64,000 nt of DNA from an uncultured Methanosarcinales archaeon (GTDB lineage Archaea; Nanobdellota; Nanobdellia; Woesearchaeales; UBA11576), in assembly GCA_964563755.1 (NCBI GenBank), contig CAZLYC010000006.1, forward strand, positions 3,099-67,098. The letters run 5' to 3'. Shown here piece after piece: positions 9,325 through 17,009 of the stretch (position 1 is the first letter of the stretch; each line of letters opens with the position of its first letter). A program made the translations under genes and the position numbers. The notes under the pieces are model-generated. The model saw nothing but the letters and a program-made list of their open reading frames with translations. It did no database searches and had not been told where the DNA came from.

Positions 9325-10152
9325 ATGCTCGCTAAAGGTTTTCGTCGTGCCTATAGGGCACTCTCGCTCTTTGTACTCGGTTCTCTTGCGTGTCATAACT
9401 ATCTTGCTTACAGGACGCTGTGGAGGGATTACCGGACAGAGCAGGTTAGCATAACATCAGAGTCGAATCTATCGGATGTTGTCAGGACTGCGGAAGGTGA
9501 TAACATCAAGGAAAGAATAACTGAAGTCATAAATGAAAAGATTCTGTTTCATTATTCTGCTCAGAACGACACTCTGAGGATGCAGCTTCTTGATTTTCTC
9601 AGCAATGATAACGAACAGGTATATGGTGAAAAGCTATCTCTTGAAGAGAAAGTCAGACTTGCTTTGAAGTTTAGCACATCGCTACAGTACAACTACAAGG
9701 CGAATTTCCTCTATTACGCGGCCCAGAGCAAGAACCCTCTTGAGTTCCCTAAGAAAAGCATAGAAAGCATAGTCGAATTTACAAGACTTGGACTGATGAC
9801 ACCTGAAGATCTGGTCGATTATAAGCAAGTGGTGTGCCTGCAGTATGCAGAAGTCTTCGCTCATGCATTGCATGAAATAAACGCAGTCTCAAAGAATCCT
9901 GAAGAGCTGACCGTCGGCACTATTGTTTTTGTTCCAAATGTCAAATCTGATTATGGCGCATTCTATAACATAGCATTATCATTCGTGAACCATACATTGT
10001 TTTCCGAATGGAGGGCGAGCGAGCCTCATGCGATAAATATTGTTGCAGCGAAAGATAAGATATACATAGTTGATCCGCAGCTGAAATCTGTCGAGCAAAA
10101 AGAGACGCTGGAGATAAACAGGGAATACGCTTCAGAGCTCAACAGGAAATAA
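9325..10152 (+). CDS. Hypothetical protein (275 aa) with an N-terminal hydrophobic segment. Possibly a papain/transglutaminase-like fold, but this is speculative
   Basis: Long ORF. A Cys (VVCLQYAEVF) followed by a His and an Asp is only weak support. Confidence 0.45.
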   Translation: MLAKGFRRAYRALSLFVLGSLACHNYLAYRTLWRDYRTEQVSITSESNLSDVVRTAEGDNIKERITEVINEKILFHYSAQNDTLRMQLLDFLSNDNEQVYGEKLSLEEKVRLALKFSTSLQYNYKANFLYYAAQSKNPLEFPKKSIESIVEFTRLGLMTPEDLVDYKQVVCLQYAEVFAHALHEINAVSKNPEELTVGTIVFVPNVKSDYGAFYNIALSFVNHTLFSEWRASEPHAINIVAAKDKIYIVDPQLKSVEQKETLEINREYASELNRK

Positions 10153-10206
10153 CCTCAAAGAGATTTTGTTAGTATTTTATATATACCCTGAATTTTCCTA
10201 AATAAA

Positions 10207-10482
10207 ATGGTTAAAACAGACAAGCTCTATATGCTTCTTGAAGAGATGTTGGATTGCGCCCTGGAATGCAATGAAAGAAAACTCAAGAAGCTTAACAGGT
10301 CTTACGAGTCTTTGATGCAGGGAGAATACTTTGATACACCTACTTCGTTAAATCCTGATTATGACAATTTCAGACAATCGTGTCTTCTTTCCTGCACCAT
10401 GTTGCATGCGTGTGCAGAGTTTATCTATGACGCGAAGGAGAGGCTCGATAGGATTTCTAGGAATATAAAAAAGAGATATTAG
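10207..10482 (+). CDS. Hypothetical protein (91 aa)
   Basis: ORF only. Confidence 0.3.
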   Translation: MVKTDKLYMLLEEMLDCALECNERKLKKLNRSYESLMQGEYFDTPTSLNPDYDNFRQSCLLSCTMLHACAEFIYDAKERLDRISRNIKKRY

Positions 10483-10495
10483 AAAGAAAGTTTAA

Positions 10496-10624
10496 TCCCC
10501 GCGGCCGGATTTGAACCAGCAACCTTCCGGTATCCGCTGTCCCGCTGTCCTTCAGTGGCCTTGCCATTGTCTGCGGGGGCTGTAGTAGCTACAGCCGGAC
10601 GCTCAACCATTAAGCTACGCGGGG
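10496..10624 (-). tRNA. tRNA-Tyr(GUA) with a canonical 37/38 intron of about 57 nt
   Basis: Minus-strand read CCCCGCG TA GCT..AGC G TCCGG CTGTAG[CTACTACAGCC...GGAT]A CCGGA AGGTT GCTGG TTCAAAT CCGGC CGCGGGG A. Exon and intron pair (GGCTGTAG/CTACAGCC) as in a BHB motif. Confidence 0.72.
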
Positions 10625-10818
10625 ATTGTGAAAAGATTTGATGATGAAAATGTGGATTTTCAGTCTGTTTTTAAAGGTTTCTGTAGTTATAGTATAACGT
10701 CCCGCTGAGCGAAGCAAAGCGGGACTGGATTGCGCGTGCCAGCTGAGCAAGAACAGCTGTTTTACAGGTTTCTGTTATTATTCGAAATATTATTAAATCA
10801 GGCAATCACTTTTTTTGC

Positions 10819-11460
10819 ATGGTTTCCAGAAAAGACAAACAAAGGATGAGCAGTTTCATTACAGGACTCATTGAAGATGCAGGCAGTTTTGATGTGCTAT
10901 CTGCTAATGTAAGTGATATTCTTTTAAGGCAGAAGGAAGTTGAGGACCCTGCGGATGTCCATATTCTACTGCATAATGCCAAGATGAGCATAGATGACTG
11001 CAAGAAGCAGATATATCATAATCAAGGCCAGGGCATCTACACTGCAAATATATTCTATAAAGATGGGGACTCTTTCTTTGTCAGGCTTGCCGGCAAAGGT
11101 CATTTCAAGGGTGATGACAGGAGCCTGAAGAATTATGGTCCTGAAGATCTTAACAGGATGGTGCATCTTAGGGGTCTTGAGAAGTTGGTGCTTGATATGC
11201 AGGATCCGTGCAACTCTTTAGTATATTACCAGCCTAAGACAGAGAGATTACAGGAATCTCTGAGGGAATTTGATATGGTCGAAGTGATACTTGATTATAG
11301 CCATGTAGGTCGTTTCGACCCAGGTTATGGTTTTGCGCATAATGGCCCTTCAAAAGATTACAGGATAGCTAAAGAAGAAAGTTTGATGCAGGATGGAAAC
11401 TTGGATTTCATGGACTGCAGGAAAAACGGCAGGCTTCTGTATCTTTCAAAGAAAGAGTGA
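10819..11460 (+). CDS. Hypothetical protein (213 aa)
   Basis: ORF with no recognised motif. Confidence 0.45.
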   Translation: MVSRKDKQRMSSFITGLIEDAGSFDVLSANVSDILLRQKEVEDPADVHILLHNAKMSIDDCKKQIYHNQGQGIYTANIFYKDGDSFFVRLAGKGHFKGDDRSLKNYGPEDLNRMVHLRGLEKLVLDMQDPCNSLVYYQPKTERLQESLREFDMVEVILDYSHVGRFDPGYGFAHNGPSKDYRIAKEESLMQDGNLDFMDCRKNGRLLYLSKKE

Positions 11461-11541
11461 TTTTCTTTATTTAACCCGCAGACACAAGAAAAGTTTATAT
11501 ACAACAATAACTTAACGATTGTTAATTTGGAGGTGTTTTGC

Positions 11542-11943
11542 ATGTTTGAAAGACAGAAAGAGAAGGTAGGACCTTACCTTTACTTTTGGTTCAGGGTGCT
11601 TGTAGGATTGCTGTTCATGCAGCATGGAGCGCAGAAACTCTTTGGAGTGTTAGGTGCTCAACAGTCTGTGGAACTTATGAGTCTTATGGGACTTGCAGGG
11701 ATTGTTGAATTTGTTGGAGGATTAGCTATAGCAGTCGGTTTCTTCACAAGGCCTGCAGCGGCATTGTCTGGAATCCAGATGCTTACGGCGTATTTCATGG
11801 CACACGCGAGTAAGGCCTGGGCACCCATAGTTAACAATGGTGAGCTGGCATTGCTTTTCTTCGCAACATTCCTTGTATTGTATTGGCACGGAGCTGGAAA
11901 GTGGGGCCTTGAGAAAGCTATTCTTGGCAAAGAGCTATGCTGA
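11542..11943 (+). CDS. DoxX-family membrane protein
   Basis: GLLFMQHGAQKLFG motif and multiple TM helices. GGAGGTG sits 6 nt before the ATG at 11542. Confidence 0.7.
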   Translation: MFERQKEKVGPYLYFWFRVLVGLLFMQHGAQKLFGVLGAQQSVELMSLMGLAGIVEFVGGLAIAVGFFTRPAAALSGIQMLTAYFMAHASKAWAPIVNNGELALLFFATFLVLYWHGAGKWGLEKAILGKELC

Positions 11944-11955
11944 AAAAATATTTTT

Positions 11956-12534
11956 TTATTTTATTTTTTCAATCACCTTATTGATCAGATTCACAATCTC
12001 TTTTTTCTTCTCGTCGTTGAATGAAAGGCATCTGTCGATATGCCAGACTTTTGTCTTTATCCCGCAGAATTCAAGTGCGAATGATTTTATCATACGTGCA
12101 GGAACATTGCCAGTCAACTTGTAATACCATGCCGGACCGCCGCTTGTCATGAATACAAATGCAGTTTTGCCTTTGAGCAGCCCTACCGGTCTGCCGTTGA
12201 TGTACTCGAACGCGTAGCCTGAGACGAAAACCTTGTCGATGAATCCCTTGAGTATCGCAGGCATCGAGCCCCACCACAAAGGATATATGAATATCAGGAG
12301 GTCAGCATTCTTTATCTGCATCTGAATTGTCCTGTTCTGCTTGCTGACACTTCTCTTGCCTGCAGTGTAATGCTCATCTTCATGCAGCACAGGGTCGTAT
12401 TTCATCTTGTACAGGTCAAGCAACTCGTAATCAATGCCTTGTATCTCAAAGTCAGAAGTAAGCTCTTCAAGTATGAATTTGCAGTGCCCGCCAGTGTTCG
12501 GATGGGCGTATATGATTAAAGATTTCATTTTCAC
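11956..12534 (-). CDS. Flavodoxin-like fold NAD(P)H dehydrogenase (quinone) family protein
   Basis: SLIIYAHPN...LIFIYPLWWGSMPAILKGFIDKV is typical of the Flavodoxin_2/NQO1-MdaB family. Confidence 0.7.
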   Translation of the reverse strand: MKMKSLIIYAHPNTGGHCKFILEELTSDFEIQGIDYELLDLYKMKYDPVLHEDEHYTAGKRSVSKQNRTIQMQIKNADLLIFIYPLWWGSMPAILKGFIDKVFVSGYAFEYINGRPVGLLKGKTAFVFMTSGGPAWYYKLTGNVPARMIKSFALEFCGIKTKVWHIDRCLSFNDEKKKEIVNLINKVIEKIK

Positions 12535-12552
12535 ACCTCTTTTTATGAAATA

Positions 12553-13092
12553 TTATTTCGTCAGCTCTTTCCAGTTCGCTACATAGTGAGCGTATCGCTT
12601 GTCGAATACTTCTTTTGGTGTTATCGCGATACCGAGCGAGTCAAAAGCAGTTTTTATCTCTGATAGCGCTTTATCCTTTTCTTGTTTATCTGTCTTTCGC
12701 TCTATTTCCAGTATGTTTCCGTACCCTTTGTTTGAGTCAACGCAGACAGAAAGACCTTTCCAGTCGAATGAGTATCTTTTTCTGAACCATTTTACCTTGA
12801 CAGGATAACCCAGCATAAGAAACATAGTCTCCAGCTTCTCAAAATCTTGCTTTGGGAAAATAATCTCTATCTCTTCCCTCTGTTCAGCATGCATCTTGCC
12901 TTTCTTGAGCCAGATTTTCGAGTATTCGCTGTTCTTCTGTATCCTGACATCTACTGGCGCGTCAAAGTAATACGTGACCTGTTCGTCAGGATTTGATCGG
13001 CCGCACTGTTTTGAGAAGAAGTCAATCAATCTAAAATATTCATCATCTGTCAGAAAGCTTCGGACTTCAACCTCTATTTTTTCATTTGCCAT
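12553..13092 (-). CDS. CYTH-domain protein (class IV adenylyl cyclase / triphosphatase-like)
   Basis: N-terminal EIEVEVRSFL (the ExExK-like start of CYTH), about 180 aa of charged beta-rich sequence. Confidence 0.5.
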   Translation of the reverse strand: MANEKIEVEVRSFLTDDEYFRLIDFFSKQCGRSNPDEQVTYYFDAPVDVRIQKNSEYSKIWLKKGKMHAEQREEIEIIFPKQDFEKLETMFLMLGYPVKVKWFRKRYSFDWKGLSVCVDSNKGYGNILEIERKTDKQEKDKALSEIKTAFDSLGIAITPKEVFDKRYAHYVANWKELTK

Positions 13093-13396
13093 TCTTTTTG
13101 AGTATCCTCATCCCTTCTTTCTTAAGCCAGTCATGGAATTCGTAAGCGGTCTTTGCGCTGCAGAATACCTGAGATGACTTGTCGAGTCCTTGTATCTTGT
13201 AGTCATGTCCTACCAGCCATTGCATGAAATCAAGCCTTGTGTGCGCGCATTCTTCCTGGCATTGGATCTTGAATTCATCATATTCTGGAGTGTCTTTCTG
13301 CATCCTGTTGAGTTCAAGCTGGTATGGACATTTTACGTCTTTGCAGTATTCCCGTGATTGATACTCTACAATCCCATCTATGCTCTTACCTGCCAT
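13082..13396 (-). CDS. Hypothetical Cys-containing protein (104 aa), overlapping and co-oriented with the CYTH gene
   Basis: 11-nt overlap with the downstream CYTH ORF suggests co-transcription. Confidence 0.45.
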   Translation of the reverse strand: MAGKSIDGIVEYQSREYCKDVKCPYQLELNRMQKDTPEYDEFKIQCQEECAHTRLDFMQWLVGHDYKIQGLDKSSQVFCSAKTAYEFHDWLKKEGMRILKKNGK

Positions 13397-13615
13397 GTCT
13401 TACCCCGATTTTATTTTGCCTGCCAGGTTTAAATAACTTACTTGATTGTTTTAAAAGACAAAAAAGAGTTAAAATGCTATTTTTCACCATAAAAGCAGTT
13501 TAAAACGAATTCTAGAGCTTTTATTTGGTCACTCACAAGTAACAATAACACAGATAAGCTTATAAATCATGAATGCCTACTTTTTGTTAGGGGGATTGAA
13601 ATTAAGGCAGAGGAA

Positions 13616-14137
13616 TTGGATAAACTGATTGTTAGGCATTCTGAAGATATTGAATATAGCAACGTGAGTATTGACAGATGTTTAAAAAGCGCTGGCAGCA
13701 TCGATGACCAGGTTCACAGATTAAATCATCTTATCATAGTTTCAGACTTCGTGGATCTAGATGACTTAGATAATGGCTACATAGCTGTCGCTCAAAAAGC
13801 GATGCTTTGCAATAGCAGACCTATTGATATGGCTATCAAGCAGTTGTCTTATCCCGTCTCAATCGAAGCATTCTACAATATCCGCATTTTGAATAACGCT
13901 GATGGACTGATTGAAGAACAGGTCAGGGCAGACCTGTCAGGTTCCAGAAGGTATTTGATACGTAATGAAGAAGGAAAACATCTGCTTTTTGATAAGATGG
14001 ATGGCAATATGCTTTCCAGGTCAGTTTATTCTTTGACAGAGTTGATCCATCTAAAAGAGCAGGGCGCACAAGGAAGATTATTCGTGAAAGAATTCGAGTC
14101 ATTATACCGTTCTGTCAATCCCTATAACCCGTTCTAA
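13616..14137 (+). CDS. Hypothetical protein (173 aa)
   Basis: ORF only. Confidence 0.45.
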   Translation: MDKLIVRHSEDIEYSNVSIDRCLKSAGSIDDQVHRLNHLIIVSDFVDLDDLDNGYIAVAQKAMLCNSRPIDMAIKQLSYPVSIEAFYNIRILNNADGLIEEQVRADLSGSRRYLIRNEEGKHLLFDKMDGNMLSRSVYSLTELIHLKEQGAQGRLFVKEFESLYRSVNPYNPF

Positions 14138-15098
14138 GGTCAGCATATCTTCTAGTATTTATTCTGATTCCTTCATAATATCGCTCAATAGACAGGCAAA
14201 CATTGACAATATCAGAATCATCAGATACTATCGTAACTCTTTCGTTACGGTGATTCCACACCCACACCAACAAGTTTATGTCTGCTTTCCTAAGATTCTT
14301 GAAGTCATCTTCATCTTTATTTACGTCTGCAGACCGCCATATAGAAACCAGTTCTTTGATAATTTTCGGTTCAGGGGGCGGGACAGTCACGATGTGAAAA
14401 CGGTTAAGCGCATCTATCATGGACTTGTTTCTGTCATATTTTGGTTTTAATTCACTTACGACCTTATCGATTACAATCATGTTTCCGCCGACATCAAAAT
14501 TGAATGATTTTGCATCAGGATAAGCGTCAATGATATTTATCAAGACACTAGTATCAAATGCAACTTGACCGTTGTTGCCTCTCAATTTCACATCGCACAA
14601 AGGTATCTGCAGGTCTTTTTTTGACAATACCGCCAAGATATTATCGATATGTTTTAAGTAATCGTGCATCAGCACATCCATCTGATTGAGCAAAACTGCA
14701 ACTCTTCTTTCATCTATTTCAGCTCTTGTCATATGGTAAATCTGTTCAACCTGTTTGCTTGATGCAACTATCTTCTTTACTATGTTGCTTATCTGAACGG
14801 AATAGGCCTGCTTGATTTCAGGCATCATCTCGTTTAGTTTATCCAATCCGTCAGCTTGTCTTTCAAGCCTTCGCCTCTGTAATGAACCGAGTTTTGTAAC
14901 AAGCGAATAAATCTCATCTTTTTCTGAATCATCGAGACCATTCTTTTCTTCAGGTCTTGTGCCAGACTCAAGAATCATAAAATCAGTTATTTCCTTGGCT
15001 ATGTCTAGCTCACGCACAACATATTTTTTTTTAACAAGAAGAAAATTCTTGATTGCTCTTTTAGTTTTCCATCTGAAGCCAAACATCAATATCAACAA
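14115..15098 (-). CDS. PIN-domain protein with an N-terminal coiled-coil/helical extension of about 180 aa
   Basis: C-terminal QVAFDTSVLINIIDAY...IVIDKVVSEL...VTIVSDDSDIV resembles the acidic-residue pattern of PIN nucleases. Confidence 0.55.
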   Translation of the reverse strand: MLILMFGFRWKTKRAIKNFLLVKKKYVVRELDIAKEITDFMILESGTRPEEKNGLDDSEKDEIYSLVTKLGSLQRRRLERQADGLDKLNEMMPEIKQAYSVQISNIVKKIVASSKQVEQIYHMTRAEIDERRVAVLLNQMDVLMHDYLKHIDNILAVLSKKDLQIPLCDVKLRGNNGQVAFDTSVLINIIDAYPDAKSFNFDVGGNMIVIDKVVSELKPKYDRNKSMIDALNRFHIVTVPPPEPKIIKELVSIWRSADVNKDEDDFKNLRKADINLLVWVWNHRNERVTIVSDDSDIVNVCLSIERYYEGIRINTRRYADLRTGYRD

Positions 15099-15237
15099 AG
15101 CACAACCTGTTTTAAATATTTATCGGGCAGAAACACGCAGCTTTCTGGGCAGGATCTGTTAGTTAGTTTTATGCAAGGTAAAGTAAAGACCAAAACAATT
15201 ATAAACAAACTCCATTTATAAAGAACAAAAGAGGTGA

Positions 15238-16545
15238 ATGAAAGTGAGTTTCGATTATATTGACCTGAAGTATCTTCCTTCTCCTGATGATCTTATTGCA
15301 GAATATTACCTTGAGCCTAACAAGGGAGTTAAGTTCGAAAGGGCTGCGAATCATATTGCCGCAGAGTCAAGCATCGGGACATGGACAGACATTTCTACGC
15401 TTTCACCGATTACAGCTTCAAGGCTGAAGCCTCATGTATATGATATTAAGAAGGATTTCTGGGGCAAGAGAGGGACGATTAAGGTCGCGTACAGCCCGGA
15501 GCTTTTTGAGGCAGGAAACATGCCTGAGATACTGTCGAGCATAGCAGGTAATGTTTTCGGGATGAAGGATGTGCAGAACTTGAGGCTTAATGATATTCGT
15601 TTTCCTGAGAAGATAATGAAAAAGTTCAAGGGTCCTAAATTTGGCATTGAAGGCATAAGGAAACTTCTGAAAGTTCCAGAGAGGCCTCTTTGTGGGACAA
15701 TAATCAAGCCGAAAGTCGGTCTTGATGAGTCTATGCACGCAAAGGTCGCGTATGAGGCCTGGATGGGCGGGCTTGACATAGTGAAGGATGATGAGAATCT
15801 CAGCAGCATGTCATTCAACAATTTCCAGAAACGCGTACAGCTCACCCTAAAAGCAAGGGACAAGGCTGAGAAAGAGACAGGGGAGAAGAAGATGTACATG
15901 GCGAACATCACTTCAGAGACTGATGAGATGAAGAAGCGTGCTGATTTCATCAGGAGGAATGGCGGTGAGTATTTCATGATTGATATCCTTACAGTCGGAT
16001 GGGCAGGATTGCAGACTATGAGGAATTACGATGAGAAACTGAAGATGGTCATCCACGCCCACAGGGCGATGCATGGCGCGCTTACAAGGAACCCAAGGCA
16101 CGGAATCTCGATGCTTTCAATAGCTAAATGCGCAAGGCTGATTGGAGTGGACCAGTTGCACATAGGTACTGCAGCAGTGGGAAAGATGCACGGCTCTGCT
16201 ACAGAAGAGACTGAGATAGAGACTGAAGTCGAGACATACTGGTTCAAGCCAGGTCAAGGCAGTTCTGCGCTTGAGCAGCAATGGAACGGCATAAAGCCGG
16301 TGCTTGCTGTCGCGTCCGGAGGCCTTCATGCTGGCATGACAGAGAAACTGGTTAAGCTCATGGGAAAGAATATCGTCGCGCAGTATGGCGGCGGAGTTCA
16401 TTGGCATCCCGAAGGGACCAGGAAGGGTGCGATGGGTGTAAGACAGGCAATAGACGCCGTGAATCAGGGAGTCACGCTTGAAGAATACGCTAAGTCACAC
16501 AAGGAACTGAAAGATGCTTTGGATAAGTTCGGGATGGTTAGATGA
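15238..16545 (+). CDS. rbcL: Ribulose-1,5-bisphosphate carboxylase/oxygenase large subunit, form III (archaeal type)
   Basis: GGLDIVKDDENLSSMSF (active-site Lys region), KMVIHAHRAMHGA, GGGVHWHP motifs. 435 aa. Confidence 0.93.
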   Translation: MKVSFDYIDLKYLPSPDDLIAEYYLEPNKGVKFERAANHIAAESSIGTWTDISTLSPITASRLKPHVYDIKKDFWGKRGTIKVAYSPELFEAGNMPEILSSIAGNVFGMKDVQNLRLNDIRFPEKIMKKFKGPKFGIEGIRKLLKVPERPLCGTIIKPKVGLDESMHAKVAYEAWMGGLDIVKDDENLSSMSFNNFQKRVQLTLKARDKAEKETGEKKMYMANITSETDEMKKRADFIRRNGGEYFMIDILTVGWAGLQTMRNYDEKLKMVIHAHRAMHGALTRNPRHGISMLSIAKCARLIGVDQLHIGTAAVGKMHGSATEETEIETEVETYWFKPGQGSSALEQQWNGIKPVLAVASGGLHAGMTEKLVKLMGKNIVAQYGGGVHWHPEGTRKGAMGVRQAIDAVNQGVTLEEYAKSHKELKDALDKFGMVR

Positions 16546-16554
16546 GGTGTCAAG

Positions 16555-17004
16555 ATGCAGAATCTAGCAGCCATAAGAGGCGCGATTTTTGAGGCCTTGA
16601 AGAGAGGCGAAGAGACTTACTCGATGTATGATCGCTTCAGCAAGGAAGCGAAGGACAAGCTAATAGCTGATTTTTTCAGGGGACTTGCTGATGAAGTCAG
16701 GAGCCATATGACACGATTGAAGAACCTGAATATACATTCTATAGCTAAATTCGGCCTGACAATAAGGTTCGAGACTACTCCTTTTTCAATAGATGAGAAG
16801 CATATTATGGGACTGATTGACAAGGATGGTTCAAAAGAGCTCTTGAAACTTGCGATAGATGAAATCAATGCAGACATAGAATATTATAATCACATAGCTG
16901 AGCATTCAGTATTTCCTGAGACAAAGAGGATGTTTCGGGTAATAGCTGACAAGGAGCTCGACCACAAGAGCAAGATGAAGGCATTGATGGATCTTCTTGA
17001 ATGA
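16555..17004 (+). CDS. Ferritin-like (diiron-carboxylate type) hypothetical protein
   Basis: Two E-x2-H motifs (EVRSH, ELDH) on predicted helices. Starts 10 nt after rbcL. Confidence 0.4.
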   Translation: MQNLAAIRGAIFEALKRGEETYSMYDRFSKEAKDKLIADFFRGLADEVRSHMTRLKNLNIHSIAKFGLTIRFETTPFSIDEKHIMGLIDKDGSKELLKLAIDEINADIEYYNHIAEHSVFPETKRMFRVIADKELDHKSKMKALMDLLE

Positions 17005-17009
17005 TATTT

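Noticed and set aside
10640-10700. Possible C/D-box sRNA (TGATGA ... TCAG near the tRNA-Tyr)
   Set aside because: A C-box-like TGATGA is present but there is no properly placed CUGA D box or terminal stem. Probably chance.
10690-10790. GC-rich hairpins (GTCCCGCT..AGCGGGAC, CAGCTG..CAGCTG) between tRNA-Tyr and the next gene
   Set aside because: Real inverted repeats, but they do not match the A/B repeat family consensus and have no clear function. Mentioned only as possible terminator or processing structures.
15432-16407. Minus-strand ORFs within rbcL
   Set aside because: Antisense to RuBisCO. No support.
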